Source: Nanobdellota archaeon
GTDB lineage: Archaea > Nanobdellota > Nanobdellia > Pacearchaeales > GW2011-AR1
Assembly (NCBI GenBank): GCA_030647965.1
Contig: JAUSIT010000016.1
Location: forward strand, 8,429-72,428
DNA: 64,000 bases
Direction: 5' to 3'
Below the pieces are notes generated by a model. The model worked only from the letters and a program-made list of their open reading frames with translations. It was not told the origin of the DNA and did no database searches. Shown here piece by piece: positions 50,354 through 59,903 of this stretch. Each line of letters starts with the position of its first letter. The stretch's first letter is position 1. The translations under genes were made by a program, and so were the position numbers.

Positions 50354-50731
50354 ATGTCAAAGATGAATATCAGTACATCTCTACTGCTAATCCTTGCCAC
50401 AATGACTTTAATTCTTCTTGGTGCCGGATTTATTGAGCTGATAAAAATCGCAATATTATTAACTATAACCATTGCTTTTGTTCATGGCATAGTTAATTTT
50501 AAAATAAATTTCGGCAAAAAAGCATTGATCACATCGATTAGCAATAAAGTTACCATCTGTTTAAGTTTGGCAATACTATTGTTTTTCTTTGGAGGGCCAT
50601 TAGTGTTGCCTGTTAAATTATTTATATTAGTCTTTTTTGGAGAATTTGCAATATATGGAATCTGGATTTATGTAAAAAATAAATTCTTCAACAAGACTAT
50701 CCCGCCGACAACTCCTCCTGCATCAGCGTAA
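50354..50731 (+). CDS. membrane protein
   Basis: SD gggaggtgaaaaaaATG (track start 50345 is GTG within SD). Confidence 0.45.
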   Translation: MSKMNISTSLLLILATMTLILLGAGFIELIKIAILLTITIAFVHGIVNFKINFGKKALITSISNKVTICLSLAILLFFFGGPLVLPVKLFILVFFGEFAIYGIWIYVKNKFFNKTIPPTTPPASA

Positions 50732-50742
50732 CATCTTCGTCA

Positions 50743-50779
50743 AGAGAGGCATTATAGTTCTATTATATAGTGCCTCTCT
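50743..50779. repeat. 37-nt palindromic hairpin repeat, copy 2
   Basis: agagaggcattatagttctattatatagtgcctctct. Confidence 0.7.
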
Positions 50780-50956
50780 AAATTGAAAACAATTTAACTT
50801 TTGAAGGGAGGTGAACAATATGCGACGATGTTTCTACTCCAACCATAGAATGAGATAACCTACCTCAGGCGGTCCCCCGACATAATCCAAAGAGATTACA
50901 AGTCGGGACGCGTTACAAAAAAAGTTTTACAAAAATCGTTCTTGTTATGATTTTCA

Positions 50957-51000
50957 AAAGAGGGTTTGATATCTGAAATATTGAGCCCTCTTTAATTTTT
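50957..51000 (+). terminator. Rho-independent terminator (8-bp GC stem + T-run)
   Basis: aaagaggg...ccctcttt aattttt. Confidence 0.5.
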
Positions 51001-51027
51001 GAAAATAATTATTTGTTTTAATATAGA
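50999..51027 (+). promoter_or_regulatory. sigma70-like promoter TTGAAA-N17-TATAGA
   Basis: ttgaaaataattatttgttttaatataga; near-identical copy at 55023. Confidence 0.55.
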
Positions 51028-51084
51028 AAAAAATTAGCAGTGAGCAAACAATTTTTATAGGAGAAAAAAGAAAAGAGGTGAAAA

Positions 51085-51354
51085 ATGAAAACAATTTTTG
51101 TAGTACTTCTCCTCATTGCAGCAATTATTTTTCTAATAGTTGATTGCAATGAAAAAAGAAAAATCAGAAAGATTCAAAGGAGAAAGATCATGACCCAAAC
51201 CAAAGACGACCTCAGCATGACATCGTTTGGCATTCCTTACAGTCAACTCGATGATGAAAGGAGAAAACACATCGATCTGCTTTTTGCTCGACAGATTTAT
51301 CAAGAAGTCAAACCCCCACGAATTAACCTTAAGAAAGAAAGAGGGATGCAATGA
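51085..51354 (+). CDS. small membrane-anchored protein
   Basis: SD agaggtgaaaaATG. Confidence 0.45.
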   Translation: MKTIFVVLLLIAAIIFLIVDCNEKRKIRKIQRRKIMTQTKDDLSMTSFGIPYSQLDDERRKHIDLLFARQIYQEVKPPRINLKKERGMQ

Positions 51355-52079
51355 TAACTCGCAAAGTACAGATTATCGTCGCGCTGTTTTCTATTCTCTT
51401 TGTTTTGACTGCCCTTTCCATTGTTGGCCCTTGCAGCAAGGCTAACGGTGAAAACGCCAAGACTGAAACTCCGATTACTGCAAGCTGGGACAACACCTAT
51501 TCCAGCAAGTATGTATTCTGGGGAATCCAATTCAGCAACAAGGATGTCTATCAATCGCTCATCACTATTAACAAAGGGCATTCCACACTCTTTGTTTTCA
51601 GCAACAGGGATTTCGAAACCTCGACGTGGAATGAACACGATGTGTTTTTCGATTACACAACTCCTATCAACAAAATGGTAAATATGTCAGCGGGCTACAA
51701 CTATTACAACTGCCGGCTCGGCGACTGGGAAAGCTATAACGAAATTTACATTGGCGCCAGTTTCAATACTTTCCTCTCGCCGGCAATCAGCTATCACAAT
51801 ATTTTCGGCTTTGAAAACGGAAATTACTTCGAGGCCAGTGTATCCAAAAGCTTCCAGATCAACGACAAGATTACTCTTTTATCTTCTGGAAAACTTGGAT
51901 ACAACGACAAAGCATTCAGAACAGCCACGGATTTTAGCCATACTGAATGGGGAATATCTGCACCGATTACATATCTTCCCCATTTCATAATCTCACCGTT
52001 TGCAAAGTATTCATTTGCCCTGGCTGATGATCTCAAGAATGTTTTCTACGGCGGTGCGACTGCAAGTTACAAGTTCTGA
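51351..52079 (+). CDS. secreted beta-barrel-like protein ending in aromatic residue (OMP-like)
   Basis: Signal anchor, alternating amphipathic strands, C-terminal ...ASYKF. Confidence 0.4.
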   Translation: MITRKVQIIVALFSILFVLTALSIVGPCSKANGENAKTETPITASWDNTYSSKYVFWGIQFSNKDVYQSLITINKGHSTLFVFSNRDFETSTWNEHDVFFDYTTPINKMVNMSAGYNYYNCRLGDWESYNEIYIGASFNTFLSPAISYHNIFGFENGNYFEASVSKSFQINDKITLLSSGKLGYNDKAFRTATDFSHTEWGISAPITYLPHFIISPFAKYSFALADDLKNVFYGGATASYKF

Positions 52080-52096
52080 TTCTTTTACGGCGGACA

Positions 52097-52133
52097 AGAG
52101 AGGCATTATAGTTCTATTATATAGTGCCTCTCT
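52097..52133. repeat. 37-nt palindromic hairpin repeat, copy 3
   Basis: agagaggcattatagttctattatatagtgcctctct. Confidence 0.7.
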
Positions 52134-52198
52134 GAATTTTAGCAAACAGCAAAGAGCAAACAACATCACAAACAAACTTTTTCACGAGGAGAATCATC

Positions 52199-52684
52199 AT
52201 GTTTGGAAAATTCACATCTTTTGTGATCGCACTTATAATCACTTCCATTGTGGCGATCGGGATTTATCACAACAAAATCAATTATAATACTATTTTCAAC
52301 GAAGAAGAAATTTCGTCAAGCATTGAAGAGCCCACAAACGAATTAATTACTTTTAATATTCCTGTAATATTTGCTGATGGGGCTCAAGGACAAGTCAAAG
52401 GAATATTTTATTATCATTATTCAAATTTATTTGATTCATCAGAAATTAAAGTAATTAAAGATCGTAAAATGTTCCTCCTGAATGAAATCCACAAGGCATT
52501 ATGGATTATTGCAGTAAATTTTACTGCACCAATAACTCTTGATGAAAAAAAGAAATATGTTTCAGAGGTAATTTCTACAATCAACGAAAATCCAAGATTC
52601 AAAGATTCTAATCTCAAAATCTGGTTTATTGATTTTGGTCAAATTAAGCCCGGAGTTTTTGATCAAGGTCTTTTAATTCAGTAA
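52199..52684 (+). CDS. membrane-anchored hypothetical protein
   Basis: SD cacgaggagaatcatcATG. Confidence 0.45.
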   Translation: MFGKFTSFVIALIITSIVAIGIYHNKINYNTIFNEEEISSSIEEPTNELITFNIPVIFADGAQGQVKGIFYYHYSNLFDSSEIKVIKDRKMFLLNEIHKALWIIAVNFTAPITLDEKKKYVSEVISTINENPRFKDSNLKIWFIDFGQIKPGVFDQGLLIQ

Positions 52685-52768
52685 CCTTCCAGCGTTCAGA
52701 ATTGAGCAAAAACTTTTCTAAGAAAGGGGAACAATATGAAAATCCAAAAAAGAAGGGAGGTGAAAAAC

Positions 52769-53251
52769 ATGAAAAGATTTTTCTCATTCGCAACAATCTT
52801 GATAACATTGTTGCTTAGTTTGATTACGGGCTGTAGTGAAAATAATGAATCAAATTATAATAACTTCAGCTCAGATTCAGACTCAACAAAAACAGGGACC
52901 TCAATAGATTCGCTCAAAACCCCTGTTTCAATACTGACTGGAAAGATTGTCCAAATTCAAACAGGCAGTTTAATTGTCTATACAGGAAATGGATATGTCT
53001 TCCATGAATTCAAATATGTAATGGTCGAAGGAACTGATGGGGGATTTTATATTCTTATTTATCCCTATGCTGTGAAAGCAATCTGGGAAAAAGAAGCAAC
53101 TATAAAATTCAGGCCGTTACATAACGGGCAAATTGATTCAAACACCTTTATCAATCTTTTTCTATTCTCCCGCAATGATGCTTCATTCATTAATCATCTG
53201 CCAATCGAAGCAGATGGCATCATTATCAACAACGGAATTCAATACAAGTAA
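52769..53251 (+). CDS. lipoprotein
   Basis: 'LLSLITGCSENNE'; preceded by conserved 35-nt leader at 52733. Confidence 0.5.
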   Translation: MKRFFSFATILITLLLSLITGCSENNESNYNNFSSDSDSTKTGTSIDSLKTPVSILTGKIVQIQTGSLIVYTGNGYVFHEFKYVMVEGTDGGFYILIYPYAVKAIWEKEATIKFRPLHNGQIDSNTFINLFLFSRNDASFINHLPIEADGIIINNGIQYK

Positions 53252-53347
53252 CAGATTTTACAATCAACAGATTTTACAATCAACAGATTTTAAATTGGAG
53301 AAGGAGGAATTTATGAAAATCCAAAAACGAAGGGAGGTGAACAAATT

Positions 53348-53584
53348 ATGTGGATACTCCTCGAATGGTGTTTGGTAATCACAGTCGCAGTGTTTATCAT
53401 AAGCCAGATAATCCTCCCGCCCTTTATTAACAAGCGTTTTTTCTGGATTCTTCGGAAAAAAGAGAAAAAGCTCGATGCTGTTGGAAACGAGCTGATTGAT
53501 GCGCAGGTTGATTTAGAAGTGGCTGAAACTCGTGCGGCAGTCAAGAAAGTTCTGGATAAAACCAGTAAATTGAATCACAAGTAA
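53348..53584 (+). CDS. small membrane protein
   Basis: preceded by conserved leader at 53313. Confidence 0.45.
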   Translation: MWILLEWCLVITVAVFIISQIILPPFINKRFFWILRKKEKKLDAVGNELIDAQVDLEVAETRAAVKKVLDKTSKLNHK

Positions 53585-53643
53585 CAAAAATCTATTCATT
53601 CTTTTTCATTCACTTTTTTTCATATCTATCAAGGAGCTTTTCA

Positions 53644-54966
53644 ATGAATACTCCCACTCAGTATCGCGGGCTCAACCCCAAGGCTATTCTCCTCTCGATT
53701 CTCGGAGTAATCGCCCTCATCATCATGTTTTTCGCGTCCAAGACCATTTTCGAGAATGTCGACGCAGGGGAAATCGTCATCATCCAGGATCCGATTGATG
53801 GAGACCTTCATTTCTATACTGCCCAGGGTATGAAATTCCAGAAATTCGGCAAGGTCACCAAGTATCAGAAATCTTTCCAGTACTGGTTCAGTGTTGCGAC
53901 CGACCAGGGGAAAAAGCTTGACCAGTCCATCAAAATCCGCTACAACGACGGTGGTCATGCCCAAATCTCTGGAAGTGTGAGATGCGATCTTCCAATGGAT
54001 AATGAACATCTCACGTTGATTCATACCAAACTCGGCTCCCAAGTGGCACTTGAACACGAACTCGTTCGGCCGGTTTATGAAAAAGCCATTTATATGACTG
54101 GTCCGCTCATGTCTTCAAAAGAAAGCTATGCTGAAAAACGAAACATGATGATTTCGTACATCGAGGACCAGGCCAACTTAGGAGTTTATAAAACCGTCTC
54201 CAAAGAAGTAAAAGGAATTGACCCCATCACTGACGTCGAAAAAACTGTCACCCAGGTTGAGCTTGTGAAAGCTGACAACGCTCCTGGTAAAATCGCCCGT
54301 GAAGAAATTTCTCCTTTACAAACTTTTGGAGTCAAGGCCTATAACCTCAGTATAAATTCCATTACCTACGACGGCACTGTTGAAGCCCAGATCTCTTCCC
54401 AACAGAAAGCTATCATGGAAGTTCAAACGGCAATGGCCGAGGCCAAGAAAGCTGAACAGCGGGCGATCACTGTGACCAAAGAAGGTGAAGCCAATGCTGC
54501 CAAGTCCAAGTGGGAGCAGGAAGTCATCAAGGCCAAGATGGTTACTGAAGCTCAGCAGAAACTTGAAGTTGCTGAACTTGACCGCAAAGCGGCCGAACAA
54601 ACCAAACAACAGCAAATTCTTCTGGGCCAGGGTGAAGCTGAACGGAAGCGGCTGGTCATGTCTGCTGATGGTGCCCTCGAGAAAAAGCTCGAGACATATG
54701 CAGATGTCATGAAAACATTTGCTACTGAATTCGCTAAGCAAAAATGGGTGCCTGAAACTCTTCTTATGACTGGCGGAGAATCTGGTGGCAAGCAGTACAG
54801 CCCTGTAATGGATATGATGAATATGTTCATGGTCAAGACTGCTCGTGACCTCAATCTCGATATGACCATTCCTGCCGGACGAACAGTCAGAAGCCCTAGT
54901 TCAACCGACACATCTGAAGCGAAATCCGTGCCTGCATCTGGGTCAAGACCTTCCTCGAAGAAGTAA
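53644..54966 (+). CDS. SPFH/band-7 (prohibitin/flotillin-like) domain protein
   Basis: N-terminal TM, SPFH core, C-terminal Ala/Glu/Lys coiled coil; SD aaggagc. Confidence 0.55.
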   Translation: MNTPTQYRGLNPKAILLSILGVIALIIMFFASKTIFENVDAGEIVIIQDPIDGDLHFYTAQGMKFQKFGKVTKYQKSFQYWFSVATDQGKKLDQSIKIRYNDGGHAQISGSVRCDLPMDNEHLTLIHTKLGSQVALEHELVRPVYEKAIYMTGPLMSSKESYAEKRNMMISYIEDQANLGVYKTVSKEVKGIDPITDVEKTVTQVELVKADNAPGKIAREEISPLQTFGVKAYNLSINSITYDGTVEAQISSQQKAIMEVQTAMAEAKKAEQRAITVTKEGEANAAKSKWEQEVIKAKMVTEAQQKLEVAELDRKAAEQTKQQQILLGQGEAERKRLVMSADGALEKKLETYADVMKTFATEFAKQKWVPETLLMTGGESGGKQYSPVMDMMNMFMVKTARDLNLDMTIPAGRTVRSPSSTDTSEAKSVPASGSRPSSKK

Positions 54967-54982
54967 CACTCTGCATCGTCAA

Positions 54983-55019
54983 AGAGAGGCATTATAGTTC
55001 TATTATATAGTGCCTCTCT
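54983..55019. repeat. 37-nt palindromic hairpin repeat, copy 4
   Basis: agagaggcattatagttctattatatagtgcctctct. Confidence 0.7.
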
Positions 55020-55022
55020 GAT

Positions 55023-55051
55023 TTGAAAATAATTATTTGTTTTAATATAAA
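55023..55051 (+). promoter_or_regulatory. sigma70-like promoter TTGAAA-N17-TATAAA
   Basis: ttgaaaataattatttgttttaatataaa. Confidence 0.55.
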
Positions 55052-55106
55052 TAGAATTTAGCAATGAGCAAAAACTTTTAAAAACAATCAAAAAACGAGG
55101 CGTGTC

Positions 55107-55634
55107 ATGAAAAAGATTATTATTACTCAAGTGATTACGACAATCATTTTTCTGTCAGTATTTTTTATTGCTTCATATCTGACAAATAGTGCTATGTCGA
55201 TTTTTGCTGCACTAGCTATTGCAGGAGTAGCAATCAGTTTTGCAAGTGTTGCAATATCTCCATCTAGTAAAATAGAAGATGCTGCACTTCTTAGCGTCAT
55301 AGTAGGACTTACTGCTATGAGCGCTGCTCTTGCTTGCAGATATCCTGTTCATGATGATACATTTATCCTAACTGTTTTAATTCTTATTCTTTTAATAACA
55401 ATTTTAACAGCTTTTGGAATAAAAGCTATTGCTGAAAAACTCAATATTAATAATGAAAGGATATTATTTACTAGTTATTTAATGCAGTTTTCTGTAATAT
55501 TTTTTCCCATGCTAAACGCTGAAGTTGATTTAATATTGAAAACAATAATAATATTAATCACTCTTGCAGGTATTGGATGGATTCTGTTCAAATATCTTAA
55601 TGGTGATTTTAGCAAAAAACATGAAGGGAGGTGA
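55107..55634 (+). CDS. polytopic membrane protein
   Basis: 5-6 TM helices. Confidence 0.45.
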   Translation: MKKIIITQVITTIIFLSVFFIASYLTNSAMSIFAALAIAGVAISFASVAISPSSKIEDAALLSVIVGLTAMSAALACRYPVHDDTFILTVLILILLITILTAFGIKAIAEKLNINNERILFTSYLMQFSVIFFPMLNAEVDLILKTIIILITLAGIGWILFKYLNGDFSKKHEGR

Positions 55635-55772
55635 AAAATATGCTAGGTATAATGGTTCCAATATGCATTCTTCTTTGGATTCTCGCAGCGTTGCTGATAC
55701 TACTATGACGCTAACCCCTCAAGAAAGGAGAAAATAGTTATGAAAATCCGAAAAAGGGGGGAGGTGAATAAT

Positions 55773-55964
55773 ATGAATCTGGACGTAAACTCATGTCTTA
55801 TCGGAGTAATAATAACAGTAGCAGTTTACACTATATTGATTATCTTTTTTGCCAAGGATAATATCAACAATAACATTATCAAATTCAAAACCAAATGTCC
55901 GAGTTGTGGTCATGAAATCACCGAAGACAGAAAGGTAGAAGTGGGATTAAAAATTTCTGAATAA
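55773..55964 (+). CDS. small membrane-anchored zinc-ribbon protein
   Basis: 'CPSCGHEI'; preceded by conserved leader at 55739. Confidence 0.4.
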   Translation: MNLDVNSCLIGVIITVAVYTILIIFFAKDNINNNIIKFKTKCPSCGHEITEDRKVEVGLKISE

Positions 55965-56046
55965 CAATCAGAAAAGTAAGAAATTATTTTCACGAAAATA
56001 AAACATCAACATTTTTTCTTTAAGGAGGTGAATTTATTTGAGTGAC

Positions 56047-56316
56047 ATGAGGGCAATAGTACAAAGTATTATTCCTGTAGGAGAGCACGGGCCATATGTT
56101 GTAACAACTCTTGACCCAAACTCTGACCGTCTGATATCTGGCTCTATAACATTTTCACTTAGTTCAGATGTCTGGAAAGAAAAAAGATGGCCAACTCCAG
56201 GAACATTTGTTATGCTCAACTATCTTTCTAGAAAACCAGCAGGATGGAGAGCAGAACAAGCAAGACTTTATACTCCTGAAGACGAAGCAATGTTAACAAA
56301 ACCACCACAATCTTAA
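56047..56316 (+). CDS. hypothetical protein
   Basis: SD taaggaggtgaattt. Confidence 0.35.
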   Translation: MRAIVQSIIPVGEHGPYVVTTLDPNSDRLISGSITFSLSSDVWKEKRWPTPGTFVMLNYLSRKPAGWRAEQARLYTPEDEAMLTKPPQS

Positions 56317-56347
56317 CACAACAATCTAAAACGTGAAAGGAAAGAAC

Positions 56348-57037
56348 ATGGAATCAGAACCGAAACCTGAAAAAAGAGGATTTGGTCAAAGACTCATGAG
56401 GATAATTTTTGAAGATGAAGAAAAACCTTCCACTCAACAATCTTCCCAGGTCAACAAAAATCCTGATTCACCAACTCCGGCGCCTGTAGGAAATTTTGTT
56501 TCTCCTACGCCGACATCAACACCTGCACCTTTTATTTCTGGAAGTGCTGTGGACAAACAGCTTCTTGATTTTCTGAGAAGTCAAGTGAACAAAGCAGCAC
56601 CAGGAGTATTTTCACAATTCCAAACTCTGTTAGACAATCTTTCAAGTGTACTAACAGATCGTGCTCTTCTTTTCAGGGCTGCTTTCAAAGCTGCTGAAAC
56701 AGGCCACCAGATGAAAAAAGAAACTCTCGTGGCTGCTTTTCAGGCCAGACTTCAAATCCTCGAAAGTGAAAAACAAAAATTCGAGGAAGGAGTTGAAGCC
56801 CGGAGGAAAGAAGTAGTGGAAGGTAAGGAAAAACAAGTCAATCAGGTCAGCATTCAGATTGAAGAAATGAGCAATCAACTTTTAAAAGCTCAGGAATTGC
56901 TCAAGACCCTTACCAACGAAATCACTGAGCAAAATCAAAAAATCGAGACAAAGCAGAGAGAATTTCAGCTGGCTCATGCAGCTCTCGAAGCTGAACTCAT
57001 CAATGATCTCAACAACATCACAACTCACCTCAAGTAA
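56348..57037 (+). CDS. coiled-coil protein with Pro/Thr-rich linker
   Basis: track start 56333 is GTG; ATG at 56348. Confidence 0.4.
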   Translation: MESEPKPEKRGFGQRLMRIIFEDEEKPSTQQSSQVNKNPDSPTPAPVGNFVSPTPTSTPAPFISGSAVDKQLLDFLRSQVNKAAPGVFSQFQTLLDNLSSVLTDRALLFRAAFKAAETGHQMKKETLVAAFQARLQILESEKQKFEEGVEARRKEVVEGKEKQVNQVSIQIEEMSNQLLKAQELLKTLTNEITEQNQKIETKQREFQLAHAALEAELINDLNNITTHLK

Positions 57038-57069
57038 TAAGACAGCTTGCTGTCTAGAAAGGTTACAAA

Positions 57070-58146
57070 ATGAACTCTTCAAGTTTCACACCTAAATCGT
57101 TCTGGGAAAAACCCGAAGGAACATGGGGTATGGTTATTGGAGTTCTCGGAGCTCTTGGGCTCGGCTGGGTTCTTTACAAAGCCCTTCCGTTCATCATCGT
57201 GCTTCTCCAGAACGTTATCACTACAATACTCCTCGGCGTGGCTCTCTTCGCGATTCTCTGGGTGCTTTTTGACAAAAGATTCCAGATTCTGGTTTCTTCA
57301 ATGTACAAAAGCGCAGTGAGATTTATCGCCGGAATCTTTATCACCATCGACCCCATAGGTATTTTGAAAAACTATGTGGAGGGTCTCCAAGATAATCTGA
57401 ACAAGATGAGCACCCAGATCAGCAATCTTCGGGGGCAAATGCGCAATCTCGAAATTCTCATAAAACAAAACGAGAAAGAGCGCATCGATGCCCTTACCAT
57501 GGTCAAGAGAGCTCAAGAAGCTGGCAAAAGGGGAGTTGTTGTTCTCAAGGCCCGCAAAGCCGGCAGACTTGAAACTTCAAATGTCACGCTTCAGGACCTG
57601 TTCAATAAGATGGAATTATTGTTCAGAGTTCTGGAAAAAATGCGTGAGGCATCTGGACTTCTGATCGAAGATCTGGTTGATGAAATCGATGTCAAGTCTC
57701 GTGAGCGCAAAATGGTTTATGCTGGATGGTCTGCAATTCGTTCAGCTAAATCAATAATCAATGGTGAAAATGACAAGCGGGCAATGTTCGAGCAGACCAT
57801 GGATTATCTTGCTGCAGACTATGGTGAGAAAGTTGGCGAGATTGAAGATTTTGTCTCAATGTCTGCCGGCTTCCTCGATACCATTGACCTGCAGAACGGC
57901 GTCTATGAAGAAAACGCCATGAAGATGCTCGAAGAATGGGAAAGAAAGCCTGAGTCCATTCTTCTTGGCAATGACAACAAGCAGATTATCATCGCCGCAG
58001 CCAATGACCCGAATGATGTTTTCAATTTCGCGTTCGATATTAATGGAAAACCTGCTGACGCGAAGTTTGTGGAAATACCTCGGAAGACTGCAAAAGAGGG
58101 AGCTTCTGATGAAGGCTACCGCAAATTCCTCGACGATGATAAGTAA
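57070..58146 (+). CDS. membrane-anchored coiled-coil protein (PspA/TelA-like?)
   Basis: two N-terminal TM helices then long charged helical region. Confidence 0.35.
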   Translation: MNSSSFTPKSFWEKPEGTWGMVIGVLGALGLGWVLYKALPFIIVLLQNVITTILLGVALFAILWVLFDKRFQILVSSMYKSAVRFIAGIFITIDPIGILKNYVEGLQDNLNKMSTQISNLRGQMRNLEILIKQNEKERIDALTMVKRAQEAGKRGVVVLKARKAGRLETSNVTLQDLFNKMELLFRVLEKMREASGLLIEDLVDEIDVKSRERKMVYAGWSAIRSAKSIINGENDKRAMFEQTMDYLAADYGEKVGEIEDFVSMSAGFLDTIDLQNGVYEENAMKMLEEWERKPESILLGNDNKQIIIAAANDPNDVFNFAFDINGKPADAKFVEIPRKTAKEGASDEGYRKFLDDDK

Positions 58147-58228
58147 TCTTCAAGAATTACACCTCTGATTCATCTGCATTACTCACAGATTTATTTTCAA
58201 ACACTCAACAAAACGCAGGAGTAGTACC

Positions 58229-59812
58229 ATGAAGATGAACCCGTTTCCCAAGTTTGTGCTGATTGCAGTTATTGTCAGCGCGATTATTTTTGGCATTATG
58301 CAGCTCATCAAAGTTCCGGCAGTCAAGAACCTGGTCGCTCCCGAGGGCAAACAGGCGACAACCAGTGTGAGCAAGGACGTCAAGAAGGCCATGAAGGACG
58401 GCGCTGAAATCGTCAACGTCGGTGTTGTAACCTGGGGTGGTTATGCTGGTGGCCAGTATTTCAACAATGGCTTCAACCCCTCGAAAGATTCCCGCTACTT
58501 TAGCGAGTATGGAATCTTTGTCAAGTTCCAGGTTTTGGATGATTTCAATGCATCCAGAGCTGCATGGAAAAAAGGCGAAGTCGACCTTATGTGGGTTACT
58601 GCCGACGCCTATCCTACTGAAACTGCTGGTCTTATCGACGCTGGTTACAACCCCAGATTCATTTTTCAGGCTGACTGGTCAAGAAAAGGTGATGCAATCG
58701 TCGCGATCAACGGCATCAATTCTGTCGCAGACCTCAGTGGGAAAAAAATCGCTGTTGCACCTGGAACCCCGTCGCACAGTCTGCTTCTGAAAACTCTCGA
58801 AGCCAATAACATGAGCTATGAAAATATTACTCCTGTTATCGTTCCCTCTGCAATCGACGCTGCTGCAATGTTCAAAGCAGGCAAAGTTGATGCTGCAGTA
58901 GTATGGAGCCCTGATGATGCAGACTGTGTGCGGACTGTTCGTGGTTCGAAAGTTTTGATTTCAACAGGAACAGCTCCGTTCATCATCGCCGACGGATTTT
59001 TCGTAAATGCTCAGACTCTCGAGAAGAAACACGATGCTATTGTCTCCTTTGTCGAGGGTTTTCTACGCGGCGCTGCTGAAATTAACACAGATCCGGCTGC
59101 AAAGCAGAAAGCCATTCAGATTCTCATGACTGGTCTGAATCTTGATCAGCAGCTTGCTGAAAATGCGATTAACAACGTCCGCCTGACTACCTTTGGTGAC
59201 AATCTGAATTTCTTTGGATTGAATCAGAGCTATACTGGTGTAAAAGGTGAAGACCTTTACAATCAGATGGGCAAAATGTACAGCTCAATCAAAGTCGGTG
59301 ACTCTTTCCTGGCGCCTTCAAATCTGCCTGCCTGGAGAAATGTTACTGATTTGAGTATTATTCGTGAAATCCAGTCTCGCGGAAAACTGACTTCTGCCGG
59401 CGATGCTGCTGAAGGTGAAATCAAATTTACCAAAGCCAGCCAGAAGGATATAACTGCTACTGCATTATCCAGGAAATCCCTGACAGTTACTTTTGCGACT
59501 GGCTCGGCGGCGTTGGATCAAAATGCCAAACTCATTATTGAAATGGGTTTTGTCGATATTGCCAAACAGTTTGCCAGTGCACGTATTCGCATCATCGGCC
59601 ATACTGATAATGTCGGAAGCAGGGAAGGAAATATTTCCCTTTCCAAGAAACGCGCGAAATCAGTCGCGGACTTTCTCGTCAGTGAATATGGCTTTGATTC
59701 CAATCGCTTTATCATCGACGGCAAAGGTCCTGATGAACCGGCAAGCACCAATGACACTGAAGAAGGACGCGCTGCAAACCGGAGAACTGAATTCCAGCTT
59801 CTGAACAACTGA
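58229..59812 (+). CDS. NitT/TauT(SsuA/NMT1)-family substrate-binding protein fused to OmpA-like C-terminal domain
   Basis: SBP core; C-terminal 'IIGHTDNVGSREGNISLSKKRAKSVADFL...NRRTEF' OmpA/MotB peptidoglycan-binding motif. Confidence 0.55.
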   Translation: MKMNPFPKFVLIAVIVSAIIFGIMQLIKVPAVKNLVAPEGKQATTSVSKDVKKAMKDGAEIVNVGVVTWGGYAGGQYFNNGFNPSKDSRYFSEYGIFVKFQVLDDFNASRAAWKKGEVDLMWVTADAYPTETAGLIDAGYNPRFIFQADWSRKGDAIVAINGINSVADLSGKKIAVAPGTPSHSLLLKTLEANNMSYENITPVIVPSAIDAAAMFKAGKVDAAVVWSPDDADCVRTVRGSKVLISTGTAPFIIADGFFVNAQTLEKKHDAIVSFVEGFLRGAAEINTDPAAKQKAIQILMTGLNLDQQLAENAINNVRLTTFGDNLNFFGLNQSYTGVKGEDLYNQMGKMYSSIKVGDSFLAPSNLPAWRNVTDLSIIREIQSRGKLTSAGDAAEGEIKFTKASQKDITATALSRKSLTVTFATGSAALDQNAKLIIEMGFVDIAKQFASARIRIIGHTDNVGSREGNISLSKKRAKSVADFLVSEYGFDSNRFIIDGKGPDEPASTNDTEEGRAANRRTEFQLLNN

Positions 59813-59903
59813 TTCAACCTCACATTTAAACCAGACTGAATAAAAGAGTGGGATAAATTTTGATATTTGTCTCACTCTTTAAATTTCAGAAAGCGAGTTT
59901 TTT

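Noticed and set aside
53641-55130. Long minus-strand ORFs (53641..54057, 54316..54741, 54552..55130) overlapping the SPFH gene
   Set aside because: They lie antisense to a well-supported plus-strand gene in the GC-richer island. They lack SD sequences. Their translations are low-complexity (Ser/Leu/Arg-rich), typical of antisense artefacts.
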